The notes under the pieces were generated by a model. It was not told the origin of the DNA, did not search any database, and saw only the letters and a list, made by a program, of their open reading frames with translations. The translations under genes were made by a program, and so were the position numbers. 61,080 nt of DNA from a virus (Duplodnaviria; Caudoviricetes), in IMG/VR virus record IMGVR_UViG_3300002092_001354, positions 1 to 61,080 of that record; one strand, given 5' to 3'. Positions 9,477 to 20,527 of the stretch are shown piece after piece. The stretch's first letter is position 1; each line of letters begins with the position of its first letter.

Positions 9477-11891
9477 ATGGCATATATACTTAAAAATACA
9501 TCGGGTTTAGTAAATACAAGATTAACTGATACAGGTAGATTAAAACTATCTGAAGGTAATTTTAACATTTCATATTTTCAAATAGGAGATAGTGAGGTGT
9601 CTTACAATACATTATCAAATACTTACAATCAAACTAGAACAAACATATTAGAACCTAATTTTAATTCACAAAATTCTGCTCAGGGACAAACTAATAAACA
9701 AAATGTTAAATATCCTTATTATGTGGATGGAGTAAACGGTAACACTTACGGTATACCATTTATGGCTTCTGAAGTATCCCCAATTTATAATACGGCAGCA
9801 ATTAGAGGTTTTTTCTCAGGTAATACTACGTTAAATACTTGGAGCGCAATTACAACTAATTTATATGTTATTAATTCAAATTATATTGTTGATATGAATT
9901 CTTTAACAGGTGGTACAAAAATTAAAATAATTTTTTCAGGTAATAACTCAAATATGGTTAGATTACCATCTAAAGGAGATTTTATTACCATTTACTATGA
10001 CGGTAATGGTAAAACTGACTATGTGTTAGCACCAACACCATCAACACCTACCCCAACTCCAACACCCACAATAACACCATCTTACGATGCCTGTAAATTA
10101 CCTGACCCATCACCAACACCTTCATCAACTTGTTGTATACCAACACCAACAGGATGTACACCAACACCTGCCCCACAATATGTAATGCCAATAACCAATT
10201 GTTATAGTATGTTGACATATCGAATTGTTGATATTTGTTTAGACGTAATCACATTAGATAGAGTAACACCTGACTTTTCATATATTGCATCAGGTTGTTC
10301 ATATTCGAGAGTATTAGTTTACCCACCAAATATGACATCACTATACGATAGTGTAACACCATTACAACATTGGAACCCTGATGTTATTAATTTTGAATCA
10401 GTTTGTAACACAGACCAATTTGATGTTAAAGTTTGGAATATGAATATTCCCTGGTCGGAGAATCCCGCCGGATTATTTGATGGTCAAAACATTGGATTTA
10501 AAAACTTTACATCGTCAACTTATTTAGGTACAAAAGAATACTTAGGTTATATGACTAGTAGTGGTCAAACTTTTGTTGATAGTAATAAAAACACAATTAC
10601 TGACCAAACATACTATATAGATACTTTTGGAAACAAAATAATTGTAACACCTGAAGACCAAAAAGCTATCGCGATTATTCACTACACAAATCAAACTATT
10701 GATTTTTTCTATGGTGAAAAATTTGCTATGGAACCATATAATACGTTAACACCTAACGATACTACAGGAGACGCTAGAAACTTTAAATTACATATTCCTT
10801 GGCTGATGTGGCATAAATCGCCAACTTGTTGTGTTGGTGAAACATTTTATGTTGACCCACCTAACGATGAGTTTGAGGAATCTAATTTATTAACACCATA
10901 CTACATTCAATCAACTAAAAATAGTGATATGAATGACCCCGGTATTCGTTACTATAATTTATGGGACACATATCCATCTAAAAATAATGAATCAATACCA
11001 AACAGAGTTGGTAAAGTATTTCCTGACCAAAAAATTATAGTAATTGACGATGATGAATTAGTCGCCGCTCTCTCATATAAATCAAATCGTAACTGGACTT
11101 TACCGGCAGCAACAACAACATTAATAACACCAAATACTTGTAATACTGAATCATCTAATATAGGTGTTTTAACAAATCCTAATGAAAGTATGTATGTATC
11201 ATACTTACTTACTAACACGTCGTCAGGAGCAACTAACTCATTACATTGTAATTATTATTCAAATATTGTTGGCCCCTATAATGACTGTAATAATATTGGT
11301 ACACAAAATGTGGCCGTTAGATTCAATGGCGAATTTAATTGTTTAAATCAAATTACTAACACTCCTTTACCTACAGGTTATTTGGCTGACACATTTCAAA
11401 TAATTTGTCAAAAAGTAACAGGTAACACTAGACCAGTGTCTTCTGAATGGAGATTAATTGATTTTACTTCTGACTTAACATCAACAAATGTTAACGGATA
11501 TATTACCCAATCAGGACTTACAGGTAATACATTTATTATCACTAATGATTTATATAATTCAGCAAGTAATAACACATATAACTTAAACGATTATATTGAA
11601 TTACCAACTGAAATATCTAACACAACTCTTAATTTTGGTGATGAGTATTACTTCTATGGTTCATTAGAAACTGATATTCAAGCGACAATTTATGAGATGA
11701 AATATAAAATAAATCTTGGTCAAGCAGAATTCCAAGTATCCTCAAATCCAAGTTGGTCCGCAAACACAAATTCATATATTACCGAAATTGGTCTTTACGA
11801 TGATAATTTCGACCTTATGATTGTATCAAAACTACAATCTCCGGTCTTTAGACAGGGCATACAACAATTCTTATTGAGATTCGATTTTTAA
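9477..11891 (+). CDS. Baseplate/tail-fibre attachment protein (tail-collar fibre-like termini)
   Basis: N-terminal LTDTGRLKL..ISYFQIGDSEV and C-terminal YITEIGLYDDNFDLMIVSKLQSPV resemble the tail-collar fibre (DUF3751-like) fold. Internal Pro/Thr/Cys linker. Confidence 0.55.
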   Translation: MAYILKNTSGLVNTRLTDTGRLKLSEGNFNISYFQIGDSEVSYNTLSNTYNQTRTNILEPNFNSQNSAQGQTNKQNVKYPYYVDGVNGNTYGIPFMASEVSPIYNTAAIRGFFSGNTTLNTWSAITTNLYVINSNYIVDMNSLTGGTKIKIIFSGNNSNMVRLPSKGDFITIYYDGNGKTDYVLAPTPSTPTPTPTPTITPSYDACKLPDPSPTPSSTCCIPTPTGCTPTPAPQYVMPITNCYSMLTYRIVDICLDVITLDRVTPDFSYIASGCSYSRVLVYPPNMTSLYDSVTPLQHWNPDVINFESVCNTDQFDVKVWNMNIPWSENPAGLFDGQNIGFKNFTSSTYLGTKEYLGYMTSSGQTFVDSNKNTITDQTYYIDTFGNKIIVTPEDQKAIAIIHYTNQTIDFFYGEKFAMEPYNTLTPNDTTGDARNFKLHIPWLMWHKSPTCCVGETFYVDPPNDEFEESNLLTPYYIQSTKNSDMNDPGIRYYNLWDTYPSKNNESIPNRVGKVFPDQKIIVIDDDELVAALSYKSNRNWTLPAATTTLITPNTCNTESSNIGVLTNPNESMYVSYLLTNTSSGATNSLHCNYYSNIVGPYNDCNNIGTQNVAVRFNGEFNCLNQITNTPLPTGYLADTFQIICQKVTGNTRPVSSEWRLIDFTSDLTSTNVNGYITQSGLTGNTFIITNDLYNSASNNTYNLNDYIELPTEISNTTLNFGDEYYFYGSLETDIQATIYEMKYKINLGQAEFQVSSNPSWSANTNSYITEIGLYDDNFDLMIVSKLQSPVFRQGIQQFLLRFDF

Positions 11892-11943
11892 AAAAAATAA
11901 CACTTTGATGTAAAGTAATATATTTATATGTAAAGATATAGAT

Positions 11944-12087
11944 ATGACAGGAAAAACAAAAAAAGTAAGACAATCAATAACAATCGATAGTATTATTATC
12001 GAAAAAATTAAAGAAAAACATATTAATTTTTCTTCATTAGTTAATAAACTACTTAAAGAGTATTTTAGTGATGGTAAAAATATGTAA
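11944..12087 (+). CDS. Small ribbon-helix-helix-like DNA-binding protein (47 aa, absent from the ORF track)
   Basis: MTGKTKKVRQSITIDSIIIEKIKEKHINFSSLVNKLLKEYFSDGKNM*. It follows TATTTAT, overlaps the HNH start, and has a paralog at 42151-42312. Confidence 0.7.
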   Translation: MTGKTKKVRQSITIDSIIIEKIKEKHINFSSLVNKLLKEYFSDGKNM

Positions 12088-12868
12088 TAAGTGTTTAATT
12101 GAAAAAAATGTTTCTTGTTTTTATAAAAACAAAAATACCAAAGACGGGCATATCAGCATTTGTAAGGAATGTAGAAAACAAACAGAACAAAAATATTATA
12201 AAAAAAATATTGATAAAATTATAGAATATCGTGAAGGTAAAAAAGAGGAAATGAAAGAGTACTTAAAAGAATATTACCAAACAAATATCGATAAAATAAA
12301 AGAATACCGTAAAAATAATGAAGAAACTCTTAAGTTAAAAAGAAAAGAACATTATTTAAATAATAGAACTAAATTGATTGAAAAATCAAAAAATTACAAT
12401 TCTCAAAATAAAGAAAAAATACAAGAATATAATAAAAAATACCGAGAAGATAATTTAGACAATGAAATAAATAGATGGAAAGAATATTATAATAACAATA
12501 GAGAGACTTTAATTAAACGAAGTAATTATTACTCTAAAGAAAAGAGAAAAAGTTCCCCATTAGAAAAATTAAAACATAATATTAGAAATAGAACTAACGA
12601 ATTTCTTAAATCTAAAAATATTAGGAAAACCAATAAAACATTCAACATTATTGGTTGTTCTCCTGAGTTCTTGAAAGAACACATAGAACAAAAATTTACT
12701 GACGGTATGTCTTGGAATTTAATGGGACAATACATTCACATAGACCACATAATCCCATTATCATCCGCAAAGACCGAAGAAGAACTTTACAAATTATGTT
12801 ATTATACTAACTTACAACCATTATGGGATATAGATAATTTAAAAAAATCCAATAAATTAATTAATTAA
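12071..12868 (+). CDS. HNH homing-endonuclease-like protein
   Basis: N-terminal CxxC..CxxC, Lys/Glu/Tyr-rich helical repeats, and C-terminal HIDHIIPLSSA..YYTNLQPLWDIDNLKKSNK. Confidence 0.85.
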   Translation: MVKICNKCLIEKNVSCFYKNKNTKDGHISICKECRKQTEQKYYKKNIDKIIEYREGKKEEMKEYLKEYYQTNIDKIKEYRKNNEETLKLKRKEHYLNNRTKLIEKSKNYNSQNKEKIQEYNKKYREDNLDNEINRWKEYYNNNRETLIKRSNYYSKEKRKSSPLEKLKHNIRNRTNEFLKSKNIRKTNKTFNIIGCSPEFLKEHIEQKFTDGMSWNLMGQYIHIDHIIPLSSAKTEEELYKLCYYTNLQPLWDIDNLKKSNKLIN

Positions 12869-12873
12869 AAAAA

Positions 12874-13476
12874 ATGATTAGAAATAAATTAAAAGAAAGT
12901 CCTAAAGTTTTGGGTCTTGATGTCTCAACTCGAACAATTGGTGTTGCATTATTTGACATACAAAGTAGAGAATTATTAGAACTAACTCACGTATCACCAA
13001 CACCAAAACCAAAGGAAGATAATAAAATAAAAGAACTACTTCTTAAAGGTGAAATCTTTAGAACCAAACTTTTAGAGTACAAAGATATGGGTATCACTAA
13101 GGTCATTATTGAAGAACCTTTATTAAACTCAAATAATGTCTATACAGTACAAACTCTATTAAGATTTAATACTTTGGTTACAAAAGAAATTTACGACGTT
13201 TTAGGGATAGTCCCTGACTTCATATCAACATATAACTCTCGTAAGTTCGCCTTCCCGGAATTAGTTAAAGAAAATGATAAAGGTAAATTTGTTTTATTTG
13301 GTGGTCTACCAAAAGACATTGATAAGAAACAAATTATATGGGAATTAGTATCTAAAAAAGAACCTCAAATTATGTGGTTATACACAAAGAATAACACTCT
13401 CAAAAAAGAAAACTTTGACCAAACAGACGCTTATTGTTGTGTCTTAGGTCATATGAGACAAGAAAATATTTGGTAA
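12874..13476 (+). CDS. RuvC-like Holliday junction resolvase
   Basis: RNase H-fold acidic motifs VLGLDVSTRTIG, VIIEEP and FDQTDAY. Confidence 0.75.
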   Translation: MIRNKLKESPKVLGLDVSTRTIGVALFDIQSRELLELTHVSPTPKPKEDNKIKELLLKGEIFRTKLLEYKDMGITKVIIEEPLLNSNNVYTVQTLLRFNTLVTKEIYDVLGIVPDFISTYNSRKFAFPELVKENDKGKFVLFGGLPKDIDKKQIIWELVSKKEPQIMWLYTKNNTLKKENFDQTDAYCCVLGHMRQENIW

Positions 13477-13506
13477 AAAATAACCCCCTTAATTGGGGGG
13501 GTTTTA
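13477..13506. terminator. Bidirectional intrinsic terminator at the convergence of the + and - blocks
   Basis: AAAAATAACCCCC-TTAATT-GGGGGGGTTTT hairpin flanked by A and T tracts. Confidence 0.7.
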
Positions 13507-16476
13507 TTTACAGATACCGTTCAATATTAATTTATTATTGTCTTTACCACAACCAACTATATATGAATACTCATAATTGTTAACAACACCAGGGATTGTG
13601 TCATTTATAATAACAGCATTTCCTGAATTATATGTTGTAATGTCTTGAATTAAAGAATAACCATCACCAATAAAGTTCACTCTAATGGTAATTGTATCAC
13701 CCTCAACAATATCATATGTCTGAGAATAAGAGGTTATTAAATTATTATTCCAAGAATAAAGAAGTGCACCATTTAACAATACCTTACCTATCCCCTCACC
13801 TTTACATTTATTTCTATATAGTAAATCTAATTTACATCCTTTAACACCCGGACTACTTAATGATTTAACCATTTCAAGACATTTCTCACAATTATATATG
13901 TTACCATCAATAGTTGTAAAATAATTAACAGTACCCGAATCATAAGTGTTTGGATAAATACCTTGATATTGAGATAATGTTAAACTATCTCCAATTAATT
14001 CCCAACAAGTATTATTTTTTCTTACATCAGTAAACAATATGGTATCACCTAATACCATTCCTTCTATCACTAACATAGATTGAAGAATCACAAGAGACTT
14101 ATCATTTCCACCACACTCTCTATAAGCGTAATATGTCACTAACGGAGATGGTGTTGGTGTTGGTGTATATGTAGGTGTCGCAGTCATAGTTGGCGTTTGA
14201 GTCATAGTTGGTGTCATTGTCATTGTCATTGTTGGTGTAGGGGTTGGTGAAGCGTCTGGTGTCGGAGTCATTGTTGGTGTCAATGTCATTGTTGGTGTTA
14301 ATGTCATTGTTGGTGTTAATGTTGGTGACATACTTGGAACTGGTGTACAATGCTCACAAGAAATGTCATAATCAAGTCTTACCTTAACAATAACGGTTGT
14401 ATTATGTAACGATTCAGGATTACAATTAGTTTTAATATTAATTGTATTATCCGGATAAGTTTCAACATTACCCGCACCAATTTGTGGTGAACTTTCAATT
14501 AATGTTTTAACCCAATAATAAAAATAACTATCTGTTGGGTAATCATTTAATGTATATCCTGTATAAATTACACTAGAAGTAACAAAAGTCCCTGCAGTAA
14601 CACTAAGAGTATAAATCGCACTATTTAACACACAATTTGTAAACCCCGATGTTAAATCATAAAACCCTTCATTTAACATTTCTCGAGGCCCCGTATTAGC
14701 AATTACCGGATTTCTACCTAATGTTAAATCACCACTACAAACACTATAAGAACCAAAACCAGCATATTCGTTAATACCTTTAATAATAATGTCTTTTGTT
14801 TTGGAAAATCCCCCTGAATCTACAACTCTTAGAGTATATGTGCCAGCAGATAAATTATTAATTGTCATACCGGTTTCACCATTTGACCATATGAATTGAA
14901 AAGGTGGTTCTCCATTTAAAACATATGCGGATATACTACCATTAGAATTTATAGCAAAATCACTACTTAATAGATGAAAATCCACCTGTTTTGAGGTTTC
15001 AATAGTAAAAGGAGTTGATTGATAACATTTAGTACTGTCAACCACACTAGCAAGATAATTTCCTGAGGCTAAATTGTTAAAAGCATATGACGTTACCGAT
15101 GTTGTTACTAATTGTGAGTTAATACTATAAGTATATGGTGGTGTTCCACCGCTAGTAATATAAAATGTGACACTACCATTCTCATTTCCACCTGTTGTTC
15201 CGGTAGTTAACACATTTAAACCAAATAGAACGTCATTACTAATAGTATAAGTATTTGAATAAGTACAAGGTCCTAAATCTGTAACATTTAATGTATAAGT
15301 ACCTGACGATAAATTTTGAAATTTCCAAATATTACTATTAACTGTATTTGTTTTTACATTACCGTTGGAATCTGTTAAAGTATAGGTATAAGGAGGAGTC
15401 CCCCCCAATACAGTTATTGGACCTAACACACCTGATAAGTTATTACATTTTGAATTTGTTTTATCAACCGATACACTTGATATTCCCGCAGGTGTTAATA
15501 GTGTTGTCGATGAGGTTGATTTACATAAACCAGCATCAGTAACTTCAACAGTAAAATTACCCGGAGATAAACTTGTAAAAATAACATTTCTATCAAATGT
15601 TATTACTGACTCACCATTAGACGCCAAATAGTAAAATGGTGCCGTACCATCAACAACAACCACACTTACCTCACCATCAGCTGTAAAACAACTTGGTTGA
15701 GTTACATACAATGAACCTATTGACACCGGTTTTACTATATCAACATTAGCACTTTTAGAAACACCACATCCACTACTATCCGTAACTGTAACACTATATG
15801 TTCCCGCAGTTAATCCTGTTAATGAATCCCCTATTTGACCATTTGACCATAAGTAACTATATGGGGGGTTACCCGTTAAACCACTTACAAATATTTTACC
15901 CGAATTTGTTGTACAACCAGCATCATTAACCACAAATAAATTATAATTTATTGTTGTTGAAGTTTTAACTATACAAGTTTCTGACATACCTGTACATCCA
16001 GCACCATCATCCGCAATCACATAATATGTTCCAGCACTTAACGACGTAAATTCCGCAACATTTGAATATGGTGTTGACGATGCAATAAATCCTAAAGTAT
16101 TTTCATATAACGAGAATGTTGCATTTCCGTAAGAATATGTTGTTGATGCTGTTATTGACCCATTATTTAAACCACATAAAGTATCTATATGACTATCTAT
16201 TGTTGTACAAGTACCACTAGAAATTAAAACATTTACAGGTAATACGGTATTAGGAGAACAGCTATCAATTATATTAAATGTATAAGTACCAGCACTTAAA
16301 AATATTTTTTCATATGTGCTCACACCAACACCTAAAGGTATTACATCAGTAATTGGTGCTAACCATTGTATTGTATATGGTGAGGATGACCCTGTTATAT
16401 TTAGAGCAAATCCCCCCGCAAAAGAGTTAGTACAATCACCTGTTATACTAATATTATATGTTAAATTACAAGCCAT
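13504..16476 (-). CDS. SprB-repeat adhesin-like virion protein
   Basis: Multiple repeats such as [31 protein letters not shown], then a Pro/Thr/Met linker and a Cys-rich C-terminal domain. Confidence 0.8.
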   Translation of the reverse strand: MACNLTYNISITGDCTNSFAGGFALNITGSSSPYTIQWLAPITDVIPLGVGVSTYEKIFLSAGTYTFNIIDSCSPNTVLPVNVLISSGTCTTIDSHIDTLCGLNNGSITASTTYSYGNATFSLYENTLGFIASSTPYSNVAEFTSLSAGTYYVIADDGAGCTGMSETCIVKTSTTINYNLFVVNDAGCTTNSGKIFVSGLTGNPPYSYLWSNGQIGDSLTGLTAGTYSVTVTDSSGCGVSKSANVDIVKPVSIGSLYVTQPSCFTADGEVSVVVVDGTAPFYYLASNGESVITFDRNVIFTSLSPGNFTVEVTDAGLCKSTSSTTLLTPAGISSVSVDKTNSKCNNLSGVLGPITVLGGTPPYTYTLTDSNGNVKTNTVNSNIWKFQNLSSGTYTLNVTDLGPCTYSNTYTISNDVLFGLNVLTTGTTGGNENGSVTFYITSGGTPPYTYSINSQLVTTSVTSYAFNNLASGNYLASVVDSTKCYQSTPFTIETSKQVDFHLLSSDFAINSNGSISAYVLNGEPPFQFIWSNGETGMTINNLSAGTYTLRVVDSGGFSKTKDIIIKGINEYAGFGSYSVCSGDLTLGRNPVIANTGPREMLNEGFYDLTSGFTNCVLNSAIYTLSVTAGTFVTSSVIYTGYTLNDYPTDSYFYYWVKTLIESSPQIGAGNVETYPDNTINIKTNCNPESLHNTTVIVKVRLDYDISCEHCTPVPSMSPTLTPTMTLTPTMTLTPTMTPTPDASPTPTPTMTMTMTPTMTQTPTMTATPTYTPTPTPSPLVTYYAYRECGGNDKSLVILQSMLVIEGMVLGDTILFTDVRKNNTCWELIGDSLTLSQYQGIYPNTYDSGTVNYFTTIDGNIYNCEKCLEMVKSLSSPGVKGCKLDLLYRNKCKGEGIGKVLLNGALLYSWNNNLITSYSQTYDIVEGDTITIRVNFIGDGYSLIQDITTYNSGNAVIINDTIPGVVNNYEYSYIVGCGKDNNKLILNGICK
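14183..14298 (-). repeat. 116-bp repeat copy B, inverted relative to 2342-2457
   Basis: 112/116 identical to copy A, encoding the same peptide in the same frame. Confidence 0.9.
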
Positions 16477-16480
16477 TTTA

Positions 16481-19400
16481 TTAAGAGCAACTAATTGTAA
16501 AGTTTATTCCAACGTCTATTTTGATATTCCAACCTAAATCTTTGTTAACACAGTTTGTGTTAAATATTGTAACTGTTGTATTAGTATCATTAAAATAATA
16601 ACCAAGACCTTTTGTGAGTAAACCATCTAAAGAATATCTTAAAGAAGTTTGCCATTTTTGATTAGTTGGTACACTAAAAGTTTCATTAACCGCCGAACCA
16701 CTAAAGAACCAATCACTAATTATTAAATCACCATTAAAGGTAATATTGACATACCAATCAGATATTACACTACTACTAGCACAATCCGCTAATTCATTAT
16801 TTATAGTATAAGAACTAATAACCGAATTTAATACACCATTAAAATTAGACACCTTACCACCAAACGGATAAACATCACATTCTTTTGATTGACGAGGACA
16901 ATCGTGATTATATATTGTGGTAGTTAATTCACACGGTTTACAAACAACCGGAACAAATTGACATCCTCTTTGTCTTCTCCACACAAATTTTTGTCTGTGA
17001 AAGATTGAGTTCTCAAATTTAACACCTGTATTCCAAAGAGTACTTGCGGGTATCATTTGTTCCACTAAACGAATCCAATAATCACCCATACCATTAACAT
17101 ATTGTGTCATAGTTTCATAGGTGAAATTATCATTTGCCACCCCTACAATATTTTCAGATTCTAAATATCTCCAATAGATTGATTGTAGTGTTGGGTAACC
17201 GCTAGTTCCCCCATCAGTCGCAAATTGTCTATTTCTAACATTAATTGTGTTTTTCCAAAATGTTTGAGCAAATTCAAAGAATGATTTATTCTTTGGTTGA
17301 GGATTAATTACCGTCCAATCTATATCACCTTTACTTGGATATATTGAAACCGGATTAGGATTACAATAGGTTGGTTGGACATAATTTAAACCCTCATTCG
17401 GTATTGGAAAATTATATTGATTTGACATATACCAAACATCATATAACAATCCCTGGCTAGGATTTAAAAATAAATCAATATTCTTAACATTTATAACTAA
17501 GTTATCGTTATTAACACTATATGAAGAATCAAAACCCCCATCTAAATTAAGTCGATTACCTATTTCAGTATCAACCCAACTTTTATTATTATCAACAACT
17601 TGTTTTAAATTAAACCCTAATGTTGTGTATGGTAATTGTCTATAAACATTTAAAAAATCTTGACCATAACTAAATGGTGTTAATTTAGTTTGATAGTTAG
17701 GGTTAGACCCTGTAAATACACTATTTGTTAAATCAACTTGTTCCAAAGACCTATGTTTAGGTGTTGATTCAAACCACCCACTACCCATTTGAAAGAAATA
17801 AGAATCCGTATTTGCCGGAGATTTTGGATACCCAAAGTTATCAATAGGATAATCCTGAAGACTCACATTTGAATCACTTAATGTTGTACTTGTTGTAAAT
17901 CCTGTGTACCCACTACCTTGAATTGTAAAAACATATGTTGGGTCTAAAACAGGAATACTTTTTGAGTATGTACCTCCCGAAATATTCGCGAATTGAGAAT
18001 TAAACTCATTTATATTAATTTTTTGGTCAGCCAAATAAATGTATTCATTAAATTCAACTAAAGCATCCGGAGCACCAATCATTCTCATTAATGTTTCAAT
18101 CGATTTTCTAGTCCCTTTAGATTTGAATAAGTAAGCCGAGTTAAGTATTAAATTGTTATAATAATTATAGTTTAATTCATCAGGTGTTTGAGATTGTGAA
18201 ACCCCATCAAATGATGAAGTATCGTTATTTTTTTGACCAAAGATTGAGTTTAAAAAATTATCATTAGATATTGGTGTAATATTTGTCGCCCAACCTAATG
18301 TTTGAGCTAAATTTTTTAATAATTGAGATGGGATATCATTCCCCGTATTATAATTCACCGAATTCATATACGCCAAAGCATTTATGAATTTTTTAGTCTC
18401 ATCAAAACTCCTACCATATATCTGTAAAACTTTTTGTATCTTTTGGTCAACAGTATCAAATTCTCTAAAAGAATCCGTTGTTAAAAATCTTGAAACGAGA
18501 TTTGTTTGGTAACTATCAAAAGATGCACTAATATCATTTAATGTTGTCAAATAAACCGTGAATGAATTTGTTAAAATATCTAAATTCCAAGTACCCATTA
18601 AAGGCCAAGTAACATTTTCATTATTAATATAATATGAACCATCCTCACTTTCCATTGGAACTTTAAACGTGGCTGTATATATTGGAGATATATTTCTATT
18701 CAATAGAAATCGTTGTACCTCATCTAAATCAATACTAAACACACTATTAACCTCGTGGTCATTAGGTCTAACAATAATATTATCGATAGAACTTGTTTGT
18801 CCTGAAAATGGGTTACCATTTACGAAAATTTTAAGAGTTCCTGAAGATGTCGAACTAGTTGGAACAATTTGTTTAACATCATACCCAACACCATTATAAT
18901 ATAATGAATACTTAGCGTATTGAATTGTCATATTACGCAACTCAGATACTTGTATTTCTCTTAATTGTAGATTTCTTGTCGCATTAACAGAAAAATCAAT
19001 ATCAAAAGGATTTCTAATTCTATTAACAATTAAATCAAAATTAGTCTCATTTGTTACCTGATTATAAACTATATTTGTCGCCGTATCACCGGTCACATAG
19101 TTTTCATCCATAAAAGTAACTTCCAAAGCCGCAGGGAATTTACTAATGATAGTCTCAACAGATGTTGAGATTCTTTTAACCATTGACCCGTAAGTTGTAA
19201 AATTAGTGACTTCGGTTAAATCAAAATTAGGATAAACTTTAAAGTTATTTTCAAACACCGATTTTGATTGGTCAACACTTGAAAGTCCCAATCCTTCTAA
19301 ATTTACTGGACTTGAAAATGTTCCTGTAGAAAATGTTCTATTAACCTTTTCAGTTAAAGATGTTGTAAATTCAAAATTACCTTGCGTTAACCCTCCTCCA

Positions 19401-19489
19401 GTAACCAATTGGAATCCAACCGCATTATCTGAAAAAGTACCCGCACCTGTTGCCGGTTGTGGTGGACAAGTAAAATTTTTATTCGCCAT
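16481..19489 (-). CDS. Baseplate wedge protein (P2 gpI / T4 gp7-like domain)
   Basis: [36 protein letters not shown] is the tail protein I-like signature. Confidence 0.65.
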   Translation of the reverse strand: MANKNFTCPPQPATGAGTFSDNAVGFQLVTGGGLTQGNFEFTTSLTEKVNRTFSTGTFSSPVNLEGLGLSSVDQSKSVFENNFKVYPNFDLTEVTNFTTYGSMVKRISTSVETIISKFPAALEVTFMDENYVTGDTATNIVYNQVTNETNFDLIVNRIRNPFDIDFSVNATRNLQLREIQVSELRNMTIQYAKYSLYYNGVGYDVKQIVPTSSTSSGTLKIFVNGNPFSGQTSSIDNIIVRPNDHEVNSVFSIDLDEVQRFLLNRNISPIYTATFKVPMESEDGSYYINNENVTWPLMGTWNLDILTNSFTVYLTTLNDISASFDSYQTNLVSRFLTTDSFREFDTVDQKIQKVLQIYGRSFDETKKFINALAYMNSVNYNTGNDIPSQLLKNLAQTLGWATNITPISNDNFLNSIFGQKNNDTSSFDGVSQSQTPDELNYNYYNNLILNSAYLFKSKGTRKSIETLMRMIGAPDALVEFNEYIYLADQKININEFNSQFANISGGTYSKSIPVLDPTYVFTIQGSGYTGFTTSTTLSDSNVSLQDYPIDNFGYPKSPANTDSYFFQMGSGWFESTPKHRSLEQVDLTNSVFTGSNPNYQTKLTPFSYGQDFLNVYRQLPYTTLGFNLKQVVDNNKSWVDTEIGNRLNLDGGFDSSYSVNNDNLVINVKNIDLFLNPSQGLLYDVWYMSNQYNFPIPNEGLNYVQPTYCNPNPVSIYPSKGDIDWTVINPQPKNKSFFEFAQTFWKNTINVRNRQFATDGGTSGYPTLQSIYWRYLESENIVGVANDNFTYETMTQYVNGMGDYWIRLVEQMIPASTLWNTGVKFENSIFHRQKFVWRRQRGCQFVPVVCKPCELTTTIYNHDCPRQSKECDVYPFGGKVSNFNGVLNSVISSYTINNELADCASSSVISDWYVNITFNGDLIISDWFFSGSAVNETFSVPTNQKWQTSLRYSLDGLLTKGLGYYFNDTNTTVTIFNTNCVNKDLGWNIKIDVGINFTISCS

Positions 19490-20397
19490 TATTGTGTTAT
19501 ATTTGTAAAGTTTTTACTAAAATCAATATTATTCCCTCTATCTTGTCTAACTTCATATAATAAATGATTAAATTGGTCTCTTATTTCATACAAGTTGTAT
19601 TGTTTGTAAATGTTATAACTGTTATCGTAATATGTGTAAATACCGTCATCAATAGATTTAGTTTGATTACCGTAAATACCAATCGCCAATGTTGATATGT
19701 CGTGTTCCGCAATTTCAATATCCAAACTAATAGGATTGAAAAAGGTATTTGTTATTATAACATTTTGATTTGGTTGTCCAATGTAAGGAGTAGCATTAGG
19801 ATTATTTGTTGGTGCCGAAGATGGTGATACCGTACAAAACAATAAATTTGTATTGTTGTTTGTATAACGATATCTAATAGCTTTTTGTGACGAATTTGTT
19901 AAATTTTGAACTACAGGTTCACAAAAAAATGATGATGTAATTAACCTAAAGAAATTAGGTATTTTTGTACCATCTGAATTTAAATATTCTATTCTAAACC
20001 CAACTAATCCTTGACTAACAAATTTGTTTCTATAGTTTGAAGGGACCGAGTTTAAATCAAAAATTAAACCTTTAACATTAGGTAATGAGGATAATACCCC
20101 ACAATCCAATATAGTGGTTCTAATTTGAGCTGGTCTAAGAAATAAGGTATAGATACCTATTTTATTAAATTGTTCAGCAGGCAGTCTTAAATTGTATAAC
20201 CCACCCAATATTTCAATATTAGAGTTAACCCCTGTTGCGTCATTATTGTAATAAGGTGTTAATACAGATAACGCATCCAATTTTGTTAAAACAAAGTTGT
20301 TTGTTTCATCTCTTGTTGGAGTAAAATTTAATATTATCTCCACATCTTCCGGACTTACGTCTGCGGGTCTTATTGTGCCATAGCTAGAAGTTGCCAA
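19489..20397 (-). CDS. Hypothetical structural protein (TTG start)
   Basis: 302-aa ORF coupled to the downstream baseplate gene by a 1-nt overlap. Confidence 0.6.
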   Translation of the reverse strand: MATSSYGTIRPADVSPEDVEIILNFTPTRDETNNFVLTKLDALSVLTPYYNNDATGVNSNIEILGGLYNLRLPAEQFNKIGIYTLFLRPAQIRTTILDCGVLSSLPNVKGLIFDLNSVPSNYRNKFVSQGLVGFRIEYLNSDGTKIPNFFRLITSSFFCEPVVQNLTNSSQKAIRYRYTNNNTNLLFCTVSPSSAPTNNPNATPYIGQPNQNVIITNTFFNPISLDIEIAEHDISTLAIGIYGNQTKSIDDGIYTYYDNSYNIYKQYNLYEIRDQFNHLLYEVRQDRGNNIDFSKNFTNITQ

Positions 20398-20527
20398 ATT
20401 TTTAAGTTATTAATTCGTTTATTGTAATAGAACATTTTGTTCTTTTTTTTATATTTTCTTCTTAAGGGATAAATTCTAATTTTTAATATAATTCTTACTC
20501 ATATTGATAAATATCAAAATAACTAAT

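Noticed and set aside
2342-14298. Diversity-generating retroelement TR/VR pair
   Set aside because: There is no reverse transcriptase in the window, the four differences are synonymous and not one-directional from adenine, and both copies encode linkers rather than variable tips.
14120-14350. 76-aa Asn/Thr/Asp-rich ORF
   Set aside because: Alternative-frame shadow of the Pro/Thr/Met repeat in ORF 13504-16476.
20398-20527. Small ORF or RNA gene in the 130-bp gap
   Set aside because: Only an 8-codon frame follows the TATTTAT motif and the hairpins are weak; no tRNA-like structure was recognised here or elsewhere.
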